Assembly: GCA_951406725.2 (NCBI GenBank)
Contig: OX597814.1
Coordinates: 103,788,001-103,852,000, forward strand
DNA: 64,000 bases
Reading direction: 5' to 3'
DNA from: Octopus vulgaris
Taxonomy: Eukaryota
The notes beneath the pieces are model-generated. The model was not told the origin of the DNA. It ran no database searches and was given only the letters and a program-made list of their open reading frames with translations. The position numbers and the translations under genes are program-made. Positions 12,965 to 26,339 of this stretch are shown piece by piece (position 1 is the stretch's first letter; every line of letters begins with the position of its first letter).

Positions 12965-12967
<3 letters not shown>

Positions 12968-13125
12968 AAAAATGGTAAGACAACAAAAGAATGAAAATAG
13001 ACCTTAATATTATGTAAATAGAGGAAGTTATCTGTAAATACAATATGTGACAATTATTCGGTTGCCTTAATAAAACTCCGAGTTTCGGATATCGGGGTGG
13101 AAACCTGCACCGGCATCTCGCTTAG
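12965..13125 (-). mobile_element. family H1 single arm with degenerate hammerhead
   Basis: Homologous to 8778-8940; stem II, GAAACUCGGAGUU and stem I 3' strand are retained, CUGANGA is decayed. Confidence 0.75.
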
Positions 13126-13489
13126 CACTTTCACTACGAATTTTCTTAGGAGCCATGGTGACAAAAAATAAAGCCACAAATGAATGAGAATGAGAAAGTA
13201 GTCGATAAACAGATTAAATTCAAAACAAATCTAAATTCAAAACAATCACGAGTATCACGAGTGACAACGACACCTAACGGTAGATATTGGAACTACAGTG
13301 CAATATGATCTCTGAAAGACCGATAAATAAGACAACACAGCTGATTTCATGATTTCGTTCACTAAGCTACAATACTTTATGGTGTCTAGCTTAACATTTA
13401 CTGCACGTACATTAATATGATTTTATATTCTTTTATTTTTATTAAGTAACATGATTTTATGTGCCTTTAACGGTTTTCTAGTGATTTTA

Positions 13490-13960
13490 CGATTCCAATA
13501 TTTGTGGCGGGCAGACGTAAAGTCGAGTAAAATTACTTAACTGGGTTTTAATTTTTCCATATATTATTTTTGAAAACTTTGTATAGAACTGTGCGCTTCA
13601 CAGTTTCAGTGACGTCGTGTTTGGCTGTTGTGCGCATGCTCACCTGTCCGAGATAGGAAGCTTCATGCTAGGGAAAGAGAGCACTGTCGTTCACGTAGTG
13701 TTGGTGAAATGTAGCGTTTCTTTTTGACTCCACGTGCGTTGTGCTTAAAAACATGTTTATATTCTTGAATATGATAAAGTGCAGAATTAGATTATTACCC
13801 TGCTTCCAGCTTCAGTGTTGCTGCCAGGATTTGAAAAATAGGGCAGATTCCACACCTCCCCCACTTATTTTGTGATTTAGGGGGCGGATTTTTGAAAAAC
13901 AAGGAGGAATTCGCGGCGGTGTTTAGTGAACAAATTAAACATAGTACCCGGCAGTGGCTA
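13490..13960 (+). promoter_or_regulatory. candidate promoter (CpG-containing unique sequence)
   Basis: CCAAT 13495, TGACGTC 13610, TGCGCATGC 13631, CACGTG 13731, GGGGCGGA 13881; strand inferred from downstream splice-like sites. Confidence 0.3.
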
Positions 13961-14363
13961 AAACGCGAATTGATCAAGATTATGTATAAATTTTCTTTTT
14001 ATATGTTTGTTTCCTTTACACAATATTAAAACAACGGCTAAACTTTTTCTGAAGCAGCATCCCCACTAATTTTATCTAGGAGCCACCACTGATAGCCATA
14101 TGTGCGTATACATGTATGATGTATACGCTCATACACATGTATGACGAATGTATGTAGCCATATAGACACCCATGTAGTCGTTGAGTCGTTGTATTCTTAC
14201 AGTGATTAAATATTTCTCTTAGTTTATGTATAATTGCGCCACCTCGACGTATACACTTCATCTACTTTATAGCTCTCCGGTGTATAGAAGCATCCCCCAG
14301 GAAAGCCGTTTAGACGTTTTTTTTTTCTTTTGCTGTCTTTAATATCTAATATTTCTCGGTGTC

Positions 14364-14622
14364 AAGGCAGCATGCTGGCAGAATCGTTAGCACGCCGGGC
14401 GAAATGCTTAGCGGCAATTCGTCTGTCGCTACGTTCTGAGTTCAAATTCCGCTGAGGTCGATTTTGCCTTTCATCCTTTCGGGGTCGATAAATTGAGTAC
14501 CAGTTACGCACTGGGGTCGAAATAATCGACTTAATCCGTTTGTCTGTCCTTGTTTGTCCTCTCTGTGTTTAGCCTTTTGTGGGTAGTAAAGAAATTGCCC
14601 TTGTGGGCAATAAAGAAATAAG
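14364..14622 (+). mobile_element. tRNA-derived SINE family B, full length
   Basis: TGGCAGAATCG A-box-like, GAGTTCAAATTCC B box, core GCCTTTCATCCTTTCGGGGTCGATAAA..GTACCAG; more than 12 copies in the window. Confidence 0.9.
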
Positions 14623-16808
14623 AAACGTTTGCACGCCGAGCACATGAAAAAGCTTCGTAGTGATCTAACATGCTCAAAAATCAAATGTTCAGTTGTAGAT
14701 CTCATAGCAAAATCATTTGAGGAAAACTCAAGTCTTCAATAAGTTTCATAGCAATAAAAAAATTATGAAAGTTCAAATGTTTGATAAATTTCATAGGAAT
14801 AATACTCGATAACAATTTTGAAAGTTCAGTAGGTTTCATAGCAATGAGTGTCGTTAGCAATTAGTTCAAAGTTGTGTTTTGTTGTGTATGGGAAATTGTT
14901 CATCGTTTGCGTCACTGGCGGACCTTGAACTGTTTCAAGCTGATATTGCTTTGTACATATCTATTTTAAGATATGGGTTGAAATCCTGATTAGTCAAAAC
15001 TAAGTTCCGAAAGAACCGTGTAAAGAGGCGTAAGGTGAGTTTATGTCAGCGAACAGATTTCCAATCGCTTCCCATCTTACTGCCGCTACGATAGTTGACG
15101 TTTTTCTTTCTTTTTAAAATAATTTCGTTTTCTTTGATTAGTTACTCAAAGATTTCATTTGTTCTTGTCCACCCGTGGCCTCGTGTTCAAGTTAGCCTAC
15201 CCCACTGAGTATGTCATTTGTTTATCAAATTTTCTGGTCACTTATTTCTCGACAGGAGTTCAGCGCTCTGGTTGCTTGTTTGCTTGGTTGGTTACCTGGG
15301 GATGTCATTTGTTTATTACGGTTTTTTGGTCTCACCCTACATATTCTAATCTTCCACCTGCAAACTTCAGAGTTTGTCCCAACAAACTTTAGAGTGGTTA
15401 AGTTTGTCGGGCGAGGAGAATCTTATTTTTCATTCTACAAGTGTTGCCATGCTATATACTCGCACCCAGTCTGCACTCCCACAAAATATGTAGCTTCGTC
15501 CTAAATTGACACGTTCCTTTCTATTCCGGGTTCAAATTTTGCGCAACTTGGCTTTGCCTTTCATCATTCAGGGATCAAATACTATAATTATTGGACTTTC
15601 TTTAAAACATTGAATCTCTGTTCTGGTTTTGCACCTTAAAAATGTTATTTCATTTCAGATCAACAAGGAGTGAAACATAAAACTGCTGGTTGCTCAGTTG
15701 TATTACTGTAGCAGTGAATGTGCCGCAGCAGCATTGTACGTGGGTTGCAGTGGCTTTGAAATGAACCTCTACCTTTCTTTTTGAAATGTCACAGAATATT
15801 TTATTAAAAAGTTTGAAGAAACAAAAAGATTTTGTGAAAGCCACCAAACCTCAAAATAATGCCCTGCTTAAGGATCGCGGAACTGTTGCCAAGGAATCCC
15901 GATAAAGACTATAAATTCCAATCGTTTGACACACACACAATCACATCAGTTTTAATCGATACACGGATTATATATGGAAACTTTTACATAACCCTGAACA
16001 TACAACAATCACAGGATTGGGAAAGCCATGACTACCTCCACAGCACCACTGATCTGGGCTGAAAGGATGGTCAGCAAAGAAATTGGAACAGTCACAATTC
16101 CCTCTCTCTCTTTCTCTCTCTCTCTCTCCCTCAGCAACACCAACCCCAGGAACCGGTGATTTGAGTCACTCCAAGTTGAAGAGTGACGTCCTTTTCCATT
16201 ACAGATCTCGCGAGAGTCCTGTAATCAACAGTTCCTGTATTGTGGCGATGAGGATGAAGTGGACCCGAGTAATAAAATGGGAAAACAGTTTGGAAAAACA
16301 GAAAACAGAAAAAGGACCACAAAAATAATGAACCCTGACTAAAGGCATGTAGAACTGTGGGACTATTTCCTGGAAAGCGAGGGGGGGGTTCGGTTGGTGT
16401 GTATAACATATAACTTTTTCGAAAAGATAACGAACCAGGATAATGAAATTACTGAATGTGATTTACAAGGAAAAAGGACTCCGTTTTGGTGAACAAAATA
16501 CGGGACAAACACTCCGAATCTTAAAATGTTAGTGAAACAATTAGCAAAAGTATGATGTTTCCTGCCAAATCATGTTCGCTTGCGAGTGACGACTGTGTCT
16601 GGAGGAAAAAAAACACACAAAGAATTTACCAGCAGCTAAAGGATCATTTCGCAGACGTGCGAGGCTTCGTGGGTCGACCAAAACCAAGGTTTTCAAGTAG
16701 CGAATAAAGGAAACTTGTGCTGTAGTCGGGAGATGAGAAAGCTACTTAAAGAGCAGAAGAGGATCAGAGTCGTAAGTTGCCATCATCTCTCTAGATGACA
16801 GCTTCTCT

Positions 16809-16865
<57 letters not shown>

Positions 16866-16889
16866 GAGAGAAAGAGGGAGAGAGAGAAT

Positions 16890-17063
16890 AAGTTAGCATG
16901 CCGGATAAAGTGTTTTGCAGCATTTCGTCCGTCTTTATGTTTTGAGTTTCAATTCCATCGATGCTGACTTTGCCCTTCAACCTTTCAGGAACAATAAAAT
17001 AAGTAGCAGGCAAGTGGGGGTGCATGCAATAGACTTCTCCCTCCCCTCAAAAACTACTGGCCC
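16890..17063 (+). mobile_element. SINE family B, diverged
   Basis: Homology to 14364-14520. Confidence 0.8.
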
Positions 17064-17230
17064 TTGAGGCAAAATTTTAAACCAGTCGATTACATGCCAC
17101 GCCTACTTGCCTGGTACTTATTTTATTGTTGTTATTATTATCATCATCATCATCATTATTATTATTATCATTATTATTATTATTATAATTATTATTATTA
17201 TTATCGTCATATTCATTATTATTATTATTA

Positions 17231-17795
17231 TTGGGTGAGAGAGCAGTGCATGCCATCAAAGTGACACTGGGGTAAAATATACGAAGCCCAGTATACCCAT
17301 CATGACTACCCGTCTGATAAGGGTACACCAGGCACATGCATCACAACCATATGTGCGCGACATGGTGATCTCATATCAAGATAAACAGCACATGACCTTG
17401 CAGGTGGGGCCCAGTTAGAATTTTCTTCAGGTCGAGTAACCCATCCCACTCGAAAGGTCCCTGAATAAGGGTTGTTTAAGGATGTTGAACGAAACACCCA
17501 TGTTTCCAGAGGTGAATTATTCAAACCCCAAAGAATCCCTCTCAACACACGGCTATGATGCTCCCCCACTACTTCTGCTCGTGATCAGAGATGCACATAC
17601 CGCCAGCCACTAAGGGACATGCTCAACTGGTTAAGGTCAAACAACTGACAAGCAAATCTGTGGTATTGAGCAGAATATTTGCTGTAGCCCATCTCTTATA
17701 CCAAAACAAAACAATGTAGATGATAACACTTCCAATCAGTTAAGATCAGAAGCCATGAGAGCCACTGCCTGGTACTTAGAGCCACTGCCTGGTAC

Positions 17796-17797
<2 letters not shown>
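17231..17797. mobile_element. unclassified insertion of about 565 bp in an (ATT)n tract
   Basis: Higher-GC non-coding block bounded by (ATT)n on both sides; 20-bp terminal tandem duplication AGAGCCACTGCCTGGTACTT. Confidence 0.5.
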
Positions 17798-17873
<76 letters not shown>

Positions 17874-18249
17874 ATCGTCATAATCATTATTATTATTATT
17901 TCTTTTAGAATGATTGAATAAATAAGGACAAATCGAATACGCGAAAAGCTAAACGAGAGTGTAAACGCTGTTGAACAATGCAGAACTCGACTGCAGAACA
18001 GAAGCAGTGTAGTTCGACTGAACTGAGTAACCTTTTACTTCAGCCTGTATCAATTTATAACATGATAGAAATTGAGAAGAAAGTGGTCTAAAGACGTGCT
18101 AACGACCGCTTCATTGCTAAAACCTCGCCATACATGCGCCATATTGTGTCTCGTAACAATACGCATAACGCCATTTTGAAGGGAACAAAAAACATATATA
18201 CACCCTCTCTTGATATTTTCTAACCTGACGAACGAACGAACGAACCAGC

Positions 18250-18322
<73 letters not shown>

Positions 18323-18652
18323 ACATGTACGTTAACATAACCTCCATTGAGATATTCGAAGTACAGCCTTGCCTTAGACACGACAGCGTTTCATAATAGA
18401 GTTGATTACAATGAGAAAAGAATGGAGATTGCTCACCTCAATGTTTTGCTGTATATGTATGCATGTACATATGTATGATGTGTGTATATGTATATATATG
18501 TATGTGTGTGTGTGTGTGTGTGTGCATATATGTATTTATATATGTATGTATCTGAATGTGTATATATTTATGAGTATGTGTATATGTGTGTATACTTGTG
18601 TGTGTACGCTTGTGTGTACGCATATAAATATATGTGTATTTGTGTTTCTTTG

Positions 18653-18691
<39 letters not shown>

Positions 18692-18869
18692 ACGTATAAT
18701 AAAAACAATTTTACATTAACCTGAAGGGTCACTCTATATTATTCTAGAGTACAAATTTATTATTCTTAAAAAATAATGTTCTTGACAGTAACTTCGAAGC
18801 TGCGACCAGTAAAGCCATCGTCGGCCGAAACTTTGAAGTCAGTGTCAGCATCATTCTTGTTTAAGAATA

Positions 18870-18931
<62 letters not shown>

Positions 18932-19102
18932 GTGTGCGCGCGTGTGTGTGTACTTATGTGTATATGCATTTATGTGTGAATGGATGCATGTGTGTGTATA
19001 CCCATACCCATACAATATGCTCGATGCAAGTGCGTGACCCCACCCCCGCTTTCTGTCACTTATTCCAATTTCATTCAGTTCACTTGATATTGCGATGGCT
19101 GG

Positions 19103-19280
19103 AAGGCGGCGAGATGGCAGAACTGTTTGTCGCATTTCGTCCATCTTTACGTTCTGAGTTCAAATTCCGCCAAGGTCGACTTTGCCTTTTATCATCTCAG
19201 GATCGAATACTGGAATTGATGTAATCAACTGACCCACCTCACCCAAAATCGATGTCCTTATGCCAAACTTTGAAACCAAT
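19103..19280 (+). mobile_element. SINE family B
   Basis: Homology to other copies. Confidence 0.8.
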
Positions 19281-19402
19281 TTGAGGCCGATATTAAGGTG
19301 GCTACGCTACTCGGAGTATTTCTCTCAAGTTTATTGAGTTTTGTATGGTTTCAGTCAACATATTAGGGAGTTGATGAAGGGAGGGGCGTCATATCAGAAT
19401 AC

Positions 19403-19605
19403 TGATTTATGAATGATACAGGATGATGGTGAGTTATGACTGATATAGAGTGGTGAATTTATGACTGATATACAGTTGCTATGAGTTGTTTATGACTGAT
19501 GTCGAGAGGCACTGAGTGATTTATGATTGACATAGAGTGGTGAGCCATTTAAAATTGATAGAGTGATAGGAGTTATTTAAAATTGACAACCAGTGATTAG
19601 TATTG
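19403..19605. repeat. degenerate 25-30 bp minisatellite
   Basis: Recurrent TTATGACTGATATAGAGTGGTGA-like units. Confidence 0.6.
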
Positions 19606-19854
19606 TATGGTTTAATGTTTAGGCATAAATTATTTTGAATATATCAGTCAAAACTCTTAATTATTCCCCCATATCTCTAAACCTTACCACAGTTTTCTGT
19701 TCTCTGTGTAGTTTGATATCACCGTATTCGAATAAGGTAGCGGGGGGGGGGTACTAAAATCTTATTTATTGGTCATAATGATATGGTGGGGGAAAAGTAA
19801 ACCTTAGCTTGATAGTCAATGGATATTTTCATTTGGTGTTGGCAAACAAGGATG

Positions 19855-19900
19855 GCAACTCTAGATATGTTTCGGTCCTATTAGACCTCTTCAGCGAATC
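19855..19900 (-). ncRNA. hammerhead-like motif, canonical core
   Basis: UUCG-CUGAAGA-GGUCU-AAUA-GGACC-GAAA-CAUAUC..GAGUUGCC; related diverged inverted copy at 20621-20666 (+); stems I and III imperfect. Confidence 0.55.
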
Positions 19901-21070
19901 ATAACTGTCTTCATATTTGATAAGCTATAGATTAAGAGAACCTCGATATTGATGTGCAATGCTCTACACAGCTATAAAACTTCTAATAAGCAGTATATCA
20001 AAAAATAGACATCAGTGTATAATATATAATATGTGAGTGGTCGGTGTTTTCCTTTTGCTTGTTTGTCTTTTGTTGGGTTTTTTTGCTGTTGTTGCTTCTG
20101 TAAAGCTCTTACACCTAATTTTATGGCTGGCATTCAGTGATTTAGTAAAACAACCACGATCCTCTCTTAACCAAAAACAAAACATAAGACTCCATATTTT
20201 TATTTGTCTTCACTAAAAATTTCTAATTCTCTTCAAACAACCCCCCTACACACACACACACACACACACACACGCATGCACACTATTTTTAGCTCAACAT
20301 ATCAACTTTAATGTTCGCCTCTCTAGTTTACATTGCAGAAGTTTAGGCCACAGAACATTATAAAATAACACAAAACGTTTTAAATGGGGTAAAAATGAGT
20401 CAGTAACTTTTCTATTAGCTTTTAGTAGATTTCTGCATATGCATTGCTAGGGTCGAGACGATAATCTCGACATGAAGAACTGCTCAAATGGAATATCCAC
20501 TGATTCGATCTTATAACTATTTCCATGTTGTCAACAAATCATTGATAATAACCACGAAATATGATGTGTAAAATGATTTGTTTATTAATTCCTCTATCAC
20601 ATTTCAGCGGTAGATGTTATTTCGCTGATGAAGTCACAATAACACAGAAACATACCTTGAGTTGCCTCGTGTATTTGGTTGATATGTAGACAACGATATT
20701 AGTCAGGGGATTATACTATATCAAATTTCAAGTTTTAGTTCTTCTACTTTATGTCAGTCTGTATGTCCATCAGTATATCAATCCATCATTACATTAATCT
20801 ATTTCCAATGAACTTTTTTAATGCTTCCTCCTATTAACAATGTTTCGATGAAATTCAGTTCCTCAATCGCCATGCTATCATTTATAACAGCAAAATCTCC
20901 CATTTGGAATTTTTATTTTATTTGAACTCCTTTTCACGTAGAACATTTATATACAACCAGGAATAAGGTTTCTGCTTGGGTTTGCCTTGTGGTATATAAA
21001 CCATCACCATCATCAGCATCATCATCATCAGCAGCAGCTGCATCCCTACTACTACTACTACTACTACTAC

Positions 21071-21143
<73 letters not shown>

Positions 21144-21969
21144 TTACTTAGCAGGAATATTACCTTGACTAGCGGGACCCGCGAATATTTCACGGAATTA
21201 ATGGAGGAAGCCTGAAAGTGTAGTCTGTGTTCAATCTGTATCGAAAGATAGTCGCTCATCTGCTACTCATTGAAAAGTGAAAGAAACTGGAATACAATGA
21301 TTACTTAATGAACTTTATATATACAATTTATATAATTTATGCACAATTCTATAGACTTAATACGCAGCACTCATAAAATAAATATTCACACTTATTTTTC
21401 TATTTTCCCCATAAACAGAAAAAATTACATTTTAAAATGTACATGGTCACAATTTCATATCTAAAAGACAAAAATGTATTGTAAAAAAACCCAATTATCT
21501 TATACATGTAGGGGTCACAATTTCACGGGGGTAAAAATTTGGTGCAATACAGCATACTATGAAAACCATATCGTTGGTAACTTATAAGCCAAAGCGATGG
21601 ATTGCAGCCAATACACATTTCAATTAGCGTACACCTTTCAATCCAATACTTCTTTGCAGACCATGAGCTTCATGTAAGCTCTCCCTCTTGTTTTCCCTTG
21701 TCAGTGTTGATAACTTTAACTCTCACATCAGATAATTTGTGCGAGCCCTTGAGAATGCAACATATAGCTGGGTATGATCGAATACAGGTTCATGCAAATA
21801 TCTGCCCTTGTTATTATTGATAGTCATTGCATATGACAGGCGAACGGGAAACTGGTTTCTTTCGAAAGCGAATGGCAAGTTTGGGTTGCGCATGCGTTAA
21901 GTGATAGGTGATATAAAGAAAACTTTTCACTGTGCAATCACCATTGCACCTCCACCACCACGATCATCA

Positions 21970-22024
<55 letters not shown>

Positions 22025-22500
22025 CTTTAATCTCAGCATCAGAACATCACCCCTCTGCTAAAATTATATTCCTTACACTCCTCTATATCACAACCTTCAA
22101 CTAACTTTTTTAACCACGTAATAAATATTACGTTCTCCTTACCACTTGTCATGGACAATTCTCTCTCCGTCTTTTCTCCCTCTCTTCTTTCTCCCTCTTT
22201 TCTTTCTCCCTCTTTTCTTTCTCCCTCTTTTTCTCTAACCACGCGAAAGCGTTACCGACAGGCTAAGTAACGTAATGACAAGCAGAATCATTATAAGATG
22301 TTTCGTGGCAACAACTCTCCTCAAATCTCAAGAATCTTCCTCGGGATACTTGCAGAATATAGAATGGCACTTTTTCTGCTGGTCGACAATGCATGTCTCA
22401 ATTCCTGTCACTTTCAGTCTTTTAACTAGCATTTGTTGGGGTTCTACCAAATAATTGTTGTTGTTGTTGTTGCTGCTGCTGCTGCTGCTGTTGGTATTAT

Positions 22501-23139
22501 TAGAGCAACGTGGCAGAATCGTTAGGACGCCGGGCGAAATGCTTAGCGGTATTTCGTCAGTGTTTACGTTCTGAGCTCAAATTCCGCCGAGGTCGACTTT
22601 GCCTTTCATTTTTTCGGGGGTTGATAAATTAAGTACCAGTGGGACACTGGGGTCAATGTGATCGACTATCACCCTCCCCCAAATTTCAAGCTTTGTACCT
22701 ATTGTAAAAAGGATTATTAGAGCAGCGATCTGGCAGAATCGTTAGCACGCCGGACAAAATGTTTTGCGGCATTTCGTCCGTCTTTACGTTCCGAGTTCAA
22801 ATGCCTCCGAGGTAGACTTTGCCTTTCATCCTTTCGGGATCGATAAAATAAGTACTAACTGAGCCCTGGGGGTCGATGTAATCGACTCATGCCCCTTCAC
22901 ACAAAATCCCCGGCTTTGTGTCTATAGTAGAAAGAGTAGTCGAGAATCTTTAGCGCATCGGACAAAATGCTTAACTGCATTTCTTCCGGCTCTTTAAGTT
23001 CTGAGTTCAAATGCCGCTGCGATCGAGTTCCTTTCATCTTTTCCGAGTTGATAAAATAAAGTACCAGCTGAGTACTGAGCTTAATATAATCGAGTAGCCT
23101 CCTCCCCCTAAAAGTCTTGGCCATATTTCAAAATTTGAA

Positions 23140-23140
<1 letters not shown>
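22501..23140 (+). mobile_element. three head-to-tail SINE family B copies
   Basis: Copies at about 22501-22716, 22719-22935 and 22940-23140. Confidence 0.88.
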
Positions 23141-23205
<65 letters not shown>

Positions 23206-23207
<2 letters not shown>

Positions 23208-23382
23208 CTTCGTAACAGAGTGTAGGTAAAAATGCACCGAAGCCTTTAGAAGTCTTAAAGTTTCAATGGGATTGAGCCCAACTCTCCGATCACCACTGGT
23301 ATCACTTTTACATTACCCTCTCGCATTCCATACAGTCTAGCCGTTTCCACTTTCAATTCGGAGTACTTGGTAATTTTTTCAA

Positions 23383-23383
<1 letters not shown>
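23206..23383 (-). pseudogene. R4/Dong-like LINE fragment, REL endonuclease
   Basis: VEKITKYSELKVETARLYGM..KVIPVVIGELG; flanked by (TAA)n. Confidence 0.75.
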
Positions 23384-23458
<75 letters not shown>

Positions 23459-23459
<1 letters not shown>

Positions 23460-23936
23460 TATGTTTGACTTTTGTTTTATGTCTGTACAAGTTGGCTCCA
23501 AGTCTCACCCAGAGACCTCAAGAGACAACAGGTTGGAAGTTCACGTTGTTGTTATGCCTAGTGTGCCATATATTTGGGGTTTTTTTTGGTGTTGTACTAG
23601 TGAATGTCTAATACATAAATTAAAAAAAAAAGTTTGTTTTAAACTTTGGGATTACATAGAGAGTATTTTGCGTAGGATATGAGCAGTTCCCATGAGCACT
23701 ATCTTTTGAATTTCTGCCATTTTGGGGTTTCCTGGTATCTGAGTTAGGTAGCAATCAGCCCCTTTCGCTATCATTCCCAGGGCATCTATGACAACAGGTA
23801 TTGTTTTAGTCTCCAGGTTCCACATTTTGCTGATTTCTATTTCAAGATCTTTATATTTGCTCAGTTTTTGGTAGGTCTTGACAGATACGTTTATATCGAT
23901 TGGGACAGTCATATCAATGAGGAGGCATGTTCTTTG

Positions 23937-23938
<2 letters not shown>
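23459..23938 (-). mobile_element. R4/Dong-like LINE 3' end (REL C-terminus and 3' UTR)
   Basis: ORF 23652-23912 IDMTVPID..KLSKYKDLEIEISKMW..IPVVIDALG..ILRKILSM; (TAA)n on both sides. Confidence 0.9.
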
Positions 23939-24009
<71 letters not shown>

Positions 24010-25000
24010 CTGTTTGACTTTTTCTTTGCATTTGTACAATTTGTACAATTTGGCTCCAAGTCTCACCCAGAGACCTCAAGTGACAACAAGTTAGACATTC
24101 ATGTTGGTGTTATGCCTAGGGTGTCATATATTTGGTTTTGCACATAGTATTGTCCTAAGGAATGTTTAAGAAAACAAGAAAATTATGAGTTTGTTTTAAA
24201 ATTTGAGATTACATAGACAGTATTTTACGTGGGATATGGGCAGTTCCCATGAGCACTATCTTTTGAATTTCTGACATTTTGGGGTATCTGGTATCTGAGC
24301 TAGGTAGCAATCAGCCCCTTTCGCTATCATTCCCAGGGCACCCATGACAACAGGAATTGTTTTAGTCTTTAGGTTCCACATTTTGCTAATTTCTATTTCA
24401 AGATCTTTATATTTGCTCAGTTTTTGGTAGGTCTTGACAGATACGTTTATATCGATTGGGACAGTCATATCAATGAGGAGGCATGTTTTTTGTCTGAAGT
24501 CTTTCAATATGATGCCTGACCTATTCGCAACTATCTTTCTGTCAGTTTGAATGGTGAAGTTCCGGAGGAGTGAGATGTGGTCATTTTCAAGCACTGGAAG
24601 TGGTTTGTGTTCCCACCAATTTTTATCATGGGGCAGGCCCAAATTTTTTCAAATTACCCAGTGAATTGTGCTGCTCCGTGATGCCTGTTGAGACACTCTG
24701 TATGCGCAAGAAGACTGCATATGGAGACAACATGATCAATTGTTTCGTTTTGTTGGGCAGCTGCCGTTCTTTAATATATTGGCCTGGTAGTTTCTTATAG
24801 GTAGGCATTGATCTTGGGCTGCTGTGATAAACCCTTCTGTTTCTGATTTTAAGCCAGAAGCCACTAACCATTGATGGGTAAGGGCCTTGTCAACACCGGC
24901 TTTATTAAGTCTCTTTGGGTGTTTGCCATTGAGAAGTTTTTCTTGCCATTTATCAGGAAGAACATCTAAGGCAGCAATTTTAGCACAGGTTTTCATACGC

Positions 25001-25003
<3 letters not shown>
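24010..25003 (-). mobile_element. R4/Dong-like LINE 3' fragment
   Basis: GLKSETEGFITAAQDQCL, then FTIQTDRKIVANRSGII..LLIDMTVP..KYKDL; same family as 23459-23938. Confidence 0.9.
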
Positions 25004-25063
<60 letters not shown>

Positions 25064-26295
25064 GTTTTTTCCTTCTTTCTTCAAATTTTCTTCCGTTTCT
25101 CGCCGAGTGTTTTCCATATTATTATTATCATTATTATTATTATTATTATGATATGTAGGTGGTGATGCAGGGAGGAAGGGAAGGGGGTAAATAGGTAGGT
25201 AAGTAAGAAGGTTGGTAAAAAGTGACGATGGTAAGAAGGCAGAGGGAGAAGGGAGGAAGGTAAGCGTTTTTATATCGTTAAGAAGAGTTCCCAAGCCGGC
25301 TGTTGTGTGAAATTCAACAAAAACTGTGTTTTCTATTGAAGTAATTGGTTTGGGAGAAAGGTTTTATTATCTGATTGATAGATATTTGATAAATACAATG
25401 ATAAGGCAACTCGTTTTTCACACGCACACACAAACACAAAATCACACACGCACACGCACACACATACACACACACACCTGTGATTGTTTTATCTAACACT
25501 TTTTAAGCTTTCACATGTGTGTTGCGTATTTCATCTTCACAATAAATCTGGAGCGTTTATCATTCTGTAATTCATACCATTTCCCCATCTTTCTCTCATT
25601 CGTCGCCATCATCGTTGTCTAACGAGTAGAAAGCTAATTCCGTTTTACTTGATCACATTTCCGTCCAGTACCTTACAGCTTTGAGTTCAAGCCTTGGTCG
25701 GCTCTTGTTTTTTTCTCTGGGGATTCGAAAAATTAAATAAAATTTCAAGTTAAAACCCTTCGTAGGACCCTCCAAAACACAGGACACTTGTCAAGAAACG
25801 CTACAATACCGAATATTTTGTTCCAGTTTTATATTCTCTTCACAAAAATCTTTAACATTTCATCGACAAAATTACATAATCACACTGATTATTTCGTGTG
25901 ATATCTTATTCTAATTAATTGGAAAATATAATTAAACGTTATGCATTAACGTGTTACTTCTCCCCCTCCTCCTCCTCATCATCGTCGTCGTTATACATTG
26001 CTAGAAAAGTTACAGACAAGATATTGTACAGCAATTAGTTTTGTTGCCTTACGTTTTGAACTCAGATTCGGCGTCTGAGTCTGCTGGGTCATCAAGGCAA
26101 TATCTACACCTTTCGGGTGGATTCAATAAATACTGGGGTAGATTAAAGTGAATATTCTTCATATTTTACAAATTTGTATCTTTAGGGTCAATAAGCAGTC
26201 AATGATATTTCTTGTTGTTGAAGCACAAGCAGAAAGAGGCTGGAACGTCTATAATGCACACACACACACACACACGCACACACACACACACACAA

Positions 26296-26339
<44 letters not shown>

